From NCBI GenBank assembly GCA_018303445.1, contig JAGVYE010000046.1, positions 1 to 51,201 of the forward strand: a stretch of 51,201 nt of DNA, read 5' to 3'. Source of the stretch: Candidatus Woesearchaeota archaeon. GTDB taxonomy: Archaea > Nanobdellota > Nanobdellia > Woesearchaeales > GW2011-AR9. Below, piece by piece: positions 44,166-51,201 of the stretch. Each line of letters opens with the position of its first letter. Positions within the stretch are counted from its first letter, which is position 1. A model generated the notes under the pieces. That model searched no databases. It was not told where the DNA came from and worked only from the letters and a program-made list of their open reading frames with translations. The position numbers and the translations under genes were made by a program.

Positions 44166-44906
44166 TTACCTCAACTCTTGTTCAATAATTTGCTGAAATA
44201 CTGAAAAAGGCTGTGCTCCCGAGACCACTTTTCCATTAACAAAGAATCCCGGCGTTCCTTGAACTCCCGCCCGTTGACCGTCAAGGAAATCTTTTTGAAT
44301 TTCTTGTTTTTGTGCTGGGTCGCTTAAGCATTTCTCCCATTGAGCAACATTCAGTTTAAGTTCCTGAGCCCATTTTTTGTAATCAGCTGAACTCTTTCCA
44401 GCAGCTCCCCCATCATCAAAGATTTTGTCATGGTATTCAAAATACTTCCCTTGTTGACCAGCACAATTAGCGGCAATAGCTGCCGGTTCTGCTTGCTGAT
44501 GGAAACTAAGTGGGAAATCCCTATAAATCAATTTTACCTTCCCTGTCTCAATGTAATTGCTTTTAATCTGAGGTAACGTTTGGGAATAAAATCTTGCACA
44601 AAAAGGGCATTCATAATCACTAAATTCTACAATAGTTATTGGTGCATCTTTTTCTCCTAAAGAAGGATCATCATCAACGAGTTGTTTCATATCTACGTTT
44701 GCTACAGGCTGTGGTTCCGGATCAGCGACTCCTCTTTCAACCGTTGGCGCTCCGGCAACAGCCGCCCCTTGGATAGTTCCTCCTATGCCCCCTATTTGCA
44801 TTGCTATATATACAAGCAAAACCACTTGTAAAAAAGATGTAACTAAAAGCCAGTTTTGGCTCTTGTGCGTCGAAAGATTCTCTTTTTTTATTGTTTGTTC
44901 TTCCAT
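44166..44906 (-). CDS. DsbA-family thiol:disulfide oxidoreductase, membrane-anchored
   Basis: ITIVEFSDYECPFCARFY (CPFC active site), GVQGTPGFFVNG (cis-Pro loop) and an N-terminal TM anchor. Confidence 0.85.
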   Translation of the reverse strand: MEEQTIKKENLSTHKSQNWLLVTSFLQVVLLVYIAMQIGGIGGTIQGAAVAGAPTVERGVADPEPQPVANVDMKQLVDDDPSLGEKDAPITIVEFSDYECPFCARFYSQTLPQIKSNYIETGKVKLIYRDFPLSFHQQAEPAAIAANCAGQQGKYFEYHDKIFDDGGAAGKSSADYKKWAQELKLNVAQWEKCLSDPAQKQEIQKDFLDGQRAGVQGTPGFFVNGKVVSGAQPFSVFQQIIEQELR

Positions 44907-45033
44907 TCTTAACCAACTCCTTTTATTTGTCGTAAAGGAAGAAAAGCATCTAATATATTAATATTTAATCTCCAGAACGGAGATGCTTAGAAAGTCCATA
45001 ACTTCTGAATTTTAAAGAAAGAACGTTCATAAC

Positions 45034-45537
45034 CTAAATTTCTTCTTTAAGATGTATAGTATATGTTTTTCCTTTTTTATTCTTGACAATAAGATCTTTC
45101 TTTTCCAAATCCTGTAAAACATAACTTAACTTAGCCTTTGACATCTCCGTACGCAAACGGAGCGTGTTTTGGGTAATTCCCTCCTGTTCTTTTACTGCCT
45201 TCATAACTCTTCTTTCATATTCATCAAGCCCTTTTAGAATAAGCGTAAACTTATCTTCCTCCAGCTGCTTATTTTTCGTCTCCTCTAACGTTTTCACAAT
45301 AGCTTCTTCTCCTTTTGAAAAAAACAGCAAGTAGAAACCAAGCGCGAGAATAAAGCCAATAACTCCAAAAGCAAAGTGAGTTATTGATAACGTCGATTCA
45401 ATTTTAATACACCCTTTATCTTTAAAACAACCCAATTCCTGTGCTTTCGTATCTAAACTGTATATAAGCTGAAGAAGAATGAAAATCAAAATACCACTTA
45501 GAGCCAGAAAAACTATTCCTAATTTCTTGTTATTCAT
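45034..45537 (-). CDS. membrane-anchored winged-helix (MarR/ArsR-like) protein
   Basis: Two N-terminal TM helices, then ITQNTLRLRTEMSKAKLSYVLQDLEKKDLIVKNKKGKTYTI (wHTH). Alternative starts at 45549 and 45555. Confidence 0.62.
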   Translation of the reverse strand: MNNKKLGIVFLALSGILIFILLQLIYSLDTKAQELGCFKDKGCIKIESTLSITHFAFGVIGFILALGFYLLFFSKGEEAIVKTLEETKNKQLEEDKFTLILKGLDEYERRVMKAVKEQEGITQNTLRLRTEMSKAKLSYVLQDLEKKDLIVKNKKGKTYTIHLKEEI

Positions 45538-45622
45538 GTTTTTCTCCATCCACAACTGTAAAAAACTTTAATAGCTTCTTTACGACTAAAATCTTTTCCA
45601 CAGTTTTTACAACTATGTTGCA

Positions 45623-45790
45623 TCATCGTTCTTTATGGCAGCAGGCCCTTTTCGACTCTACGAGCCATTTGTAGGTGAGCCAAAAAATCACCGAGAACAC
45701 AAATGCTAAGATCGCCAGCCACAAAACCCAAAAAAGGCTCATCCCTAATATGTTCCCTCCCATCATCGAATATCCATACTGATGCATCAT
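45623..45790 (-). CDS. 55-aa single-TM protein (below the ORF-track cut-off)
   Basis: My translation: MMHQYGYSMMGGNILGMSLFWVLWLAILAFVFSVIFWLTYKWLVESKRACCHKER. The ATG overlaps the copZ-like stop (ATGA). The Gly/Met-rich N-terminus plus one TM resembles small proteins often seen in metal-resistance operons. Confidence 0.4.
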   Translation of the reverse strand: MMHQYGYSMMGGNILGMSLFWVLWLAILAFVFSVIFWLTYKWLVESKRACCHKER

Positions 45791-46008
45791 TTTTTTTCAC
45801 CCCAAGATTTTATTTTATATGTGCCAACTTTTTCTATTTCTTTCTTTAATTTGTCCCAATTTACTGTTCCTTCATGTTCAATAATCATCTTTCCGGTCTT
45901 ATAATCAAGCTCGCATGACTTTATCCCTGAAATCTCAGAACATATTTCCTCTATAAGCATCTTACATGACTGACAGTGTGTTCCTTCAACTCTCATCACG
46001 GTTTTCAT
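45787..46008 (-). CDS. copZ: heavy-metal-associated (HMA) domain metallochaperone, CopZ-like
   Basis: MRVEGTHCQSCKMLIEE (GxxCxxC metal site). 73 aa, beta-alpha-beta-beta-alpha-beta size. Confidence 0.78.
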   Translation of the reverse strand: MKTVMRVEGTHCQSCKMLIEEICSEISGIKSCELDYKTGKMIIEHEGTVNWDKLKKEIEKVGTYKIKSWGEKK

Positions 46009-46020
46009 TGCCTTTCCCTC

Positions 46021-47409
46021 TCACGTGTTTTGAACAACGGTAAACGTTCCCGGCCCTGCCATTCCCATGCCACAACTAAAACGAATTGTTCCCGCTTTAT
46101 TTGGAGTAAAAGAGATAGTTTTAATTTCCTCTCGAGGTAATGATTCGATTATTCCCAGTGCCGGAACAGAAAGGATTTGGGCACAGCCTTGCGCTTTTCG
46201 TCCATCAACTCTCCATTCTACAGGAACTCCTTGCCTTAAAGTAAATACGGAAGGGAAATAATCTAACCCCTTTACTTCCATCTTAATAATTTGTTTTCCT
46301 TCTTCAAGAGGGATAGTAAGAGGTATGGAAAGAGAAGAAGTTGTCGCGGGCGTAACCACGGTCGCTCCTGTAAGGACTAAACCACTGGGAATATTAAAAA
46401 TACCTAAAATGATTACCAACACTGCAGAGAAAGTTGTAAAGTGTCTCTGGAATGAACCTTTTGAAAAACTTGAAAGAGCCCCGATTGATATCAAAGCGGG
46501 CAAGGTTCCTAAGGAGAACGCTAACATTGTTAGTCCTCCCGTCAAAAAATCACCTTTACCTAACACATACAACTGCAAAGCTTGTGTGAAACCACAGGGC
46601 AGAAAAAAGGTTCCTGCTCCAAACAAAAAAGCATTTCGTCTGGTAGCTTCCGTCTGTTCATGGCTTCCTGCATCATAAAGTTTATGGGCAATAAATTTCG
46701 GCATTTTAAGCTGAAATCGTTCCAGCCACGGAAAGATTTTGAGCAGCTGCAATCCTACTAAAATCATAAACAAGCTAGCCACAATGGTCAGGATTCCATT
46801 AACAGTAGAAGAAAGTGTCAGGAACGAACCAACATATCCTATCAGTCCGCCAAACAACGTGTATGCGCCTACTCTTCCAAGGTTAAAATAAAGATGAGGA
46901 ACTGCTTTTAGTCTATTTGTTAAATCCTGGTTTTTTTCATTAAATTTTGCCGAAACCGCTAGGAGTAATCCTCCTGCGACTGCTAAACACGTTGAGGTTC
47001 CCGCTGTTAATCCTAACAAGAAAATAAATCCATAACTCATATTTTCCGTGACCCCATACCCTTTTGGAAGGATACCAAAATAGGTTAAAAGAAGGTATAT
47101 TCCTCCAATGAAAAGAAGCATAGCTCCAATTTCCGCAAAACGCTTCTTGTGAGTGGAAAAATATGATTCTTTTTCAAAAGGAAGAGTTTCTCCACTCTCA
47201 TCTTTGAGAGAAAGAGTGTATCCGTTCTCCGCTATCGCTTTTTGCAGCTCTGAAAGAGGAATCTCACATTCACACGTAACTTCGGCGTGTTCTTTCGCCC
47301 TACTTACTTTAACATCACTTACTCCGGGCACTTTTTTAAGATTCCGCTCAATAAGAACTTCACAGCTTGTACAAGTCATCCCCTTAACCGCTAGGTTTAG
47401 TTTTTTCAT
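46021..47409 (-). CDS. three-module protein: HMA domain + TauE/DsbD_2-like polytopic membrane domain + C-terminal cupredoxin-like domain
   Basis: LAVKGMTCTSCEVLIERNL (HMA). 6-8 TM helices with TSTC and FFLPCGF. C-terminal VEWRVDG...GCAQ...IRFSCGMGM (Cys/Met ligands of a cupredoxin-like fold). Confidence 0.62.
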   Translation of the reverse strand: MKKLNLAVKGMTCTSCEVLIERNLKKVPGVSDVKVSRAKEHAEVTCECEIPLSELQKAIAENGYTLSLKDESGETLPFEKESYFSTHKKRFAEIGAMLLFIGGIYLLLTYFGILPKGYGVTENMSYGFIFLLGLTAGTSTCLAVAGGLLLAVSAKFNEKNQDLTNRLKAVPHLYFNLGRVGAYTLFGGLIGYVGSFLTLSSTVNGILTIVASLFMILVGLQLLKIFPWLERFQLKMPKFIAHKLYDAGSHEQTEATRRNAFLFGAGTFFLPCGFTQALQLYVLGKGDFLTGGLTMLAFSLGTLPALISIGALSSFSKGSFQRHFTTFSAVLVIILGIFNIPSGLVLTGATVVTPATTSSLSIPLTIPLEEGKQIIKMEVKGLDYFPSVFTLRQGVPVEWRVDGRKAQGCAQILSVPALGIIESLPREEIKTISFTPNKAGTIRFSCGMGMAGPGTFTVVQNT

Positions 47410-47428
47410 CGTCAACTTTTATGTTATA

Positions 47429-47887
47429 TCACTTTATTAATTTTATCTTCACTTTTTCGCAATTCTTTCTTTTCAGTTTAAGGTAAAGAAAAGCTAAAAT
47501 GACATCGATAATTAACGCTATAAATAATATCTGACGAAATTCATCCACCACAGGATGAAAAAAGAAAATATTTTCCCAACTCTGATGTTGCGGAACTTCT
47601 CTTAGAAAGACTACGAGATCAGGGAAATGTGACCACAAAATTGTTATCCCGAGAATAATTGGTTCCGGCCATTGTTTTTTCCAGAAGAATAAAAGAAATA
47701 ATAAGCCAAAGAAAAGGCCTACGGTGTAATGAATTCCAAAATGTTCTAAGGTCGTTATCCCTTTCAGATAAAGGCTGAGTTCCTCTCCATGTTCTTTCCC
47801 AGAATAAAAATAACCTAAAAAGAGGAGAACACTTATTACTCCAAAAATCAACCAAGAGATCAACCAGTAGTATTTTTGTTTATTCAT
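47429..47887 (-). CDS. hypothetical His-rich polytopic membrane protein
   Basis: 152 aa with 4 TM helices and several loop His (EH, HY, SH, HQ, HP). Abuts the copA stop. Confidence 0.45.
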   Translation of the reverse strand: MNKQKYYWLISWLIFGVISVLLFLGYFYSGKEHGEELSLYLKGITTLEHFGIHYTVGLFFGLLFLLFFWKKQWPEPIILGITILWSHFPDLVVFLREVPQHQSWENIFFFHPVVDEFRQILFIALIIDVILAFLYLKLKRKNCEKVKIKLIK

Positions 47888-50092
47888 TTAGAACCTTTTC
47901 CTTCTTAGTAATAAAGAGTTGGTTACAACGCTTACTGAACTTAACGCCATTGCCCCTCCGGCAATAATCGGATTCAGCAACCAGCCTGTGAACGGATAGA
48001 ATATCCCCGCGGCTATAGGAATTCCTAAAACATTATAAATCAAGGCCCAAAACATATTTTGCTTAATTTTTGTCATCGTCATTTTACTTAATTTGATCGC
48101 TTTTGGCACATCTAGCAAGTTATCACGCATTAAGACAATATTTCCAGTTTCCATCGCCACATCTGTTCCCGAACCCATGGCAATGCCAATATCTGCCTGA
48201 GCTAATGCTGGAGCGTCGTTGATGCCATCCCCGACCATTGCCACTTTACCCTTTCTCTGCAATTCTTTCACTTGTTTTGCTTTCTCATCAGGAAGAACTT
48301 CAGCCAAGACCAGTTCAATTCCTGCTTTTTTTGCAATCGCTGTTGCTGTCCGTTGGTTATCTCCGGTAATCAGATAAGGAATAACTCCCATGGATTTAAG
48401 GATACTAACCGCTTTTGGCGAATCTTCTTTAATCTCATCCGCAACACTAATCATTCCCAGGACTTTTCTTCCTTCTGCCACAACCATCACTGTTTTTCCT
48501 TCCATTTCCAAAATGCGAATTTCCTTCTCCAGCGAAGAAAGATTTACTCGTTTCTCAGTCATAAACTTAAAGTTACCAATAAAATAGTCGCGATTCTTAA
48601 TTCGTCCTTGAATTCCATGACCGGGAATGGCTTTAAAAGCTGTTACCTTTACCGTTCTAATTTTTTCCTTCTCCGCTTTCTTAACAATCGCCTCTGCCAA
48701 TGGATGTTCTGATTTTCCTTCGATGCTCGATGAAATTTGGAGTAGTTTTTCCTTCGTCGTTCCATTCTTTGGAATGATGTCCATAACTTCAGGTTTTCCT
48801 TTCGTTATCGTTCCTGTTTTATCGAAAACGACAAATTTCACTTTATGCGCCGCTTCTAAAGCATCTCCTCCTTTGATGAGAATTCCTTTTCCTGCCCCTT
48901 TTCCCGTACCAACCATAATCGCTGTTGGTGTAGCTAAACCTAAGGCGCAGGGACAGGCTATCACGAGAACCGCTACGGCCGCAATGAGAGAAAAACTCAG
49001 TTCCGCGTTAAGAATGAAAAACCAGATCACAAAAGTAAGTATGGCTATACCTATGACGACCGGCACAAAATACGCTGATACTTCATCTGCGAATCGTTGG
49101 ATGGGCGCTTTCTTTGTTTGCGCTTCTTCGATTAGTTTAATAATTCTTGCCAAAACCGTTTCACTTCCTACTTTTGTTGCTCTAAAAGTCAATGTTCCTT
49201 GTTTATTAATCGTCGAACCAATCACAAAATCTCCTTTCTTTTTTTCCACGGGGATACTTTCTCCCGTGACCATACTTTCATCAAGGGCTGAATGTCCTTC
49301 TATAATTTCCCCATCAACTGGAATCTTTTCTCCCGGCTTAACTAAAATAAGATCCCCTTTTTGTACTTCTTCTATAGGAATCTTAACTTCCTTCTTTCCT
49401 CGAAGTACCGTTGCCGTTTTCGCTCCAATTCTCATCAATTTACTAATCGCCTGGCTTGTTTTTCCTTTCGCTATTGCTTCCAGATATTTCCCTAAAAGAA
49501 CTAACGTTATTAAAACAGCAGAAACTTCAAAATACTGAAACCCTTCGACACTAAAAAAAACCACTGCTACAGAATAAAAATACGACGCACTTGTGCCGAT
49601 GGCAATGAGGCTGTCCATGTTCGCCGTTTTATTTTTAAACGCCGCTAACGTTCCTATGTAAAATGTTTTCCCGACATAAAACTGCACAGGAGTCGTAAGC
49701 ACAAACAAAAGATACTCTGCAAAGGGAAGCTCAAATCCTGAAAAAAGAATTCCTTCATCCATAAATATCATTCCGATAAGTAAAGCTGGAAATGATAACA
49801 GAGCGCTTAAAATAACTTTTCGTCTTAATCGTCCAATCTCTTTTTCTTTCAAGATTTCTTCATGGTGCGCATGTTCGGCTTTAAATATCGTCGCTCTATA
49901 TCCTTTCTTCTTCACAGTTTCTATTAAAGTCTCTTCTGTGGTTCTTATTTCGTCGAACTCTACCATTCCTTTCTCTGTAGAGTAATTTACCACGGCTGAT
50001 TGCACGCCCTCTACTTTTTGTAATGCTCGCGTTAAGACATTTGCACAGCTCGCACAATGCATTCCTGAAATACTCAGCGTCGTTTTTTTCAT
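47888..50092 (-). CDS. copA: copper-translocating P1B-type ATPase
   Basis: N-terminal [18 protein letters not shown] ([12 protein letters not shown]), [15 protein letters not shown] and TGES. Confidence 0.93.
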   Translation of the reverse strand: MKKTTLSISGMHCASCANVLTRALQKVEGVQSAVVNYSTEKGMVEFDEIRTTEETLIETVKKKGYRATIFKAEHAHHEEILKEKEIGRLRRKVILSALLSFPALLIGMIFMDEGILFSGFELPFAEYLLFVLTTPVQFYVGKTFYIGTLAAFKNKTANMDSLIAIGTSASYFYSVAVVFFSVEGFQYFEVSAVLITLVLLGKYLEAIAKGKTSQAISKLMRIGAKTATVLRGKKEVKIPIEEVQKGDLILVKPGEKIPVDGEIIEGHSALDESMVTGESIPVEKKKGDFVIGSTINKQGTLTFRATKVGSETVLARIIKLIEEAQTKKAPIQRFADEVSAYFVPVVIGIAILTFVIWFFILNAELSFSLIAAVAVLVIACPCALGLATPTAIMVGTGKGAGKGILIKGGDALEAAHKVKFVVFDKTGTITKGKPEVMDIIPKNGTTKEKLLQISSSIEGKSEHPLAEAIVKKAEKEKIRTVKVTAFKAIPGHGIQGRIKNRDYFIGNFKFMTEKRVNLSSLEKEIRILEMEGKTVMVVAEGRKVLGMISVADEIKEDSPKAVSILKSMGVIPYLITGDNQRTATAIAKKAGIELVLAEVLPDEKAKQVKELQRKGKVAMVGDGINDAPALAQADIGIAMGSGTDVAMETGNIVLMRDNLLDVPKAIKLSKMTMTKIKQNMFWALIYNVLGIPIAAGIFYPFTGWLLNPIIAGGAMALSSVSVVTNSLLLRRKRF

Positions 50093-50736
50093 GATTTTAT
50101 TTCCCCCGCTTCTGCCTCTTTCTTTCCCACGGTCATGACGGCAAATAAGAAAGTTCTCTCCTGTTTTAAAACCTTTAAACCAACTTTCTCAAAGAGATCT
50201 TTCATCTCTTTTTTATTATTAATTTTAACACACCCAGGCTCTAGTTTTTGCCATAACCAATGTACTGGTCTATGAAAAAAATTAATATCTACAATGATCA
50301 CTTTTCCTGTGCTTTTTGTCACTCTCTTCATCTCTTGTAATGCTTTTTCTTGATCATAATAATGATGAAATGCTTCTGTCGTGATGGTGTAATCAAACTT
50401 ATGATCTTTAAATGGAAGTTGATGTGCATCCGCCTCTTTCAAAACGACCTCTGGAGGTAATTTCTGTCGTGCTTTTTCCACCATCTCACTAGCTAAATCA
50501 ATGCCAACTAATGTTCCTTTTCCCTCGCTTTTTTGGTAAAGTGCCTTCAAAAATTCTCCTGTGCCACAACTCACATCTAAAATAGCGCCTAATGAAGAAA
50601 AATTTATCTCTTGAAATACTGGTTTCTGAAATCGTCTCATCCAAAATCGAAAGAGCGGAAAATCATACGTAGAAGACCATTTATTAAAGAGAACTCTATT
50701 TTTTTCCCTTGTTCGGATCGTTTCCTCCTCTTTCAT
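50089..50736 (-). CDS. class I SAM-dependent methyltransferase (Methyltransf_11-like)
   Basis: [11 protein letters not shown] (motif I) and VIIVD (post II). ATGA overlaps with both the arsR-like gene and copA. Confidence 0.78.
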   Translation of the reverse strand: MKEEETIRTREKNRVLFNKWSSTYDFPLFRFWMRRFQKPVFQEINFSSLGAILDVSCGTGEFLKALYQKSEGKGTLVGIDLASEMVEKARQKLPPEVVLKEADAHQLPFKDHKFDYTITTEAFHHYYDQEKALQEMKRVTKSTGKVIIVDINFFHRPVHWLWQKLEPGCVKINNKKEMKDLFEKVGLKVLKQERTFLFAVMTVGKKEAEAGEIKS

Positions 50737-51050
50737 CGTTCTCCTCTTGCTATTTTACAGCAATATTCCCGCATATGGGCATCAATAAGTTCTAAAAGAG
50801 GTTTAATCGTCTTTTTGTTTAGATCGTAATATCTAAACTTTCCCTTCTTTTCAACAAACACCATTCCATGATATTCTAACATTTTCAAATTATGAGAAAC
50901 CATACTTTGTTCAAATTCTGTCTCTCTGCAAATTTCTTTCACATTTTTTTGTCCACTTCGCAAAATATTGAGAATCTTTAATCTGCTTTGGTTCGCCAGC
51001 GTTCCGAAGAACAATTTATATACTTCTTTGTCACATGAATCCATAATCAT
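50733..51050 (-). CDS. ArsR/SmtB-family metalloregulator
   Basis: LANQSRLKILNILRSGQKNVKEICRETEFEQSMVSHNLKMLEYHGMV (wHTH of ArsR). C-terminal Cys pair (EYCCK). Confidence 0.85.
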   Translation of the reverse strand: MIMDSCDKEVYKLFFGTLANQSRLKILNILRSGQKNVKEICRETEFEQSMVSHNLKMLEYHGMVFVEKKGKFRYYDLNKKTIKPLLELIDAHMREYCCKIARGER

Positions 51051-51063
51051 ATGAAAAAAAAGT

Positions 51064-51076
51064 CATATATTTAAAG
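51064..51076 (-). promoter_or_regulatory. TATA-like box upstream of the arsR-led copper operon
   Basis: The minus strand reads CTTTAAATATATG, centred 20-26 nt upstream of the two candidate ATGs (51050 and 51044), which suggests a leaderless transcript. Confidence 0.4.
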
Positions 51077-51167
51077 ATTGTGGTAGTAAATTCTCCATTT
51101 CAAGATACTGTCTAATTAACGACATCTTTAAATAATCGAAAGCTCTACTTCTTTTGAGGTGTTGGAT

Positions 51168-51201
51168 ATGGTTATTATTTGTGATACTTGTAAAAGTGAA
51201 A
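51168..51201 (+). CDS. 5' end of an ORF truncated by the window edge (begins MVIICDTCKSE, possible zinc ribbon)
   Basis: ATG preceded by GAGGTG and a CTTTAAATAA box about 38 nt upstream. Only 11 codons are visible. Confidence 0.25.
   Translation, partial: MVIICDTCKSE

Noticed and set aside
48627-49538. 303-aa plus-strand ORF, together with 48272-48712 and 48390-48587
   Set aside because: Entirely antisense to the copA gene, which has all P-type ATPase motifs. The translation is low-complexity (Ser/Phe/Ile/Pro-rich), typical of the shadow frame of an AT-rich gene.
50089-50736. Calling the arsR-adjacent methyltransferase ArsM (arsenite methyltransferase)
   Set aside because: It is only 215 aa and lacks the conserved Cys set expected of ArsM. 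The operon context is copper (CopA, HMA proteins), so only a generic SAM methyltransferase call is justified.
1-51201. Search for CRISPR arrays, tRNA/rRNA genes and long direct DNA repeats
   Set aside because: All spacers longer than 40 nt were read on both strands. None shows repeat-spacer periodicity, a tRNA cloverleaf with a GTTC-type T-loop in context, or rRNA-like sequence. Paralogous genes (NeuB modules, NTase pair, AlkP pair) are diverged at the DNA level.

Overview
AT-rich, densely coding window that looks archaeal, probably from a small-genome DPANN-like lineage. Evidence: archaeal/eukaryal-type ribosomal protein uS2, RadB, a zinc-ribbon MBF1, an AglB/STT3 oligosaccharyltransferase with WWDFGH, and TATA-like boxes 20-35 nt upstream of several start codons. 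No rRNA, tRNA or CRISPR array was found by eye.

Layout:
(1) 1-657: C-terminal remnant of an IS5-family transposase, preceded by a GC-rich hairpin cluster.
(2) 658-6457, mostly minus strand: sugar nucleotidyltransferase, HAD hydrolase, CofD/YvcK-like protein, uS2, two lipobox proteins, an orphan gene and RadB.
(3) 6505-19260, plus strand: surface-glycan/N-glycosylation island. It holds AglB, three STT3-like GT-C paralogs that lack WWDxG, a processive GT2 synthase, a membrane thioredoxin-like protein, a DPPR-synthase-like UbiA prenyltransferase, and GT2/DUF2304-like/GT4 genes.
(4) 19368-35786, plus strand: nonulosonic-acid (pseudaminic/legionaminic-like) cluster with acetamidino-forming genes and unusual fusions. 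These are Lrp/AsnC-HisH, a double SDR, and a 1378-aa aminotransferase-NeuB-NeuB-cytidylyltransferase.
(5) 35880-42439: the least explained part, and my best candidate for an undescribed system. It is a cassette of two AlkP-superfamily phosphodiesterases, two paralogous Pol-beta-type nucleotidyltransferases with a C-terminal beta-rich module (one degenerate and frameshifted), a HIT-like protein, a PHP phosphoesterase and a 59-aa RHH-like protein.
(6) 42635-51050: bacterial-type LspA, a DsbA-like protein with a CPSC membrane partner, and a copper-resistance operon (ArsR, methyltransferase, CopA, HMA-membrane-cupredoxin protein, CopZ-like, small membrane ORFs).

All family calls come from motif recognition by eye and no searches were run. 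Start codons are best guesses.
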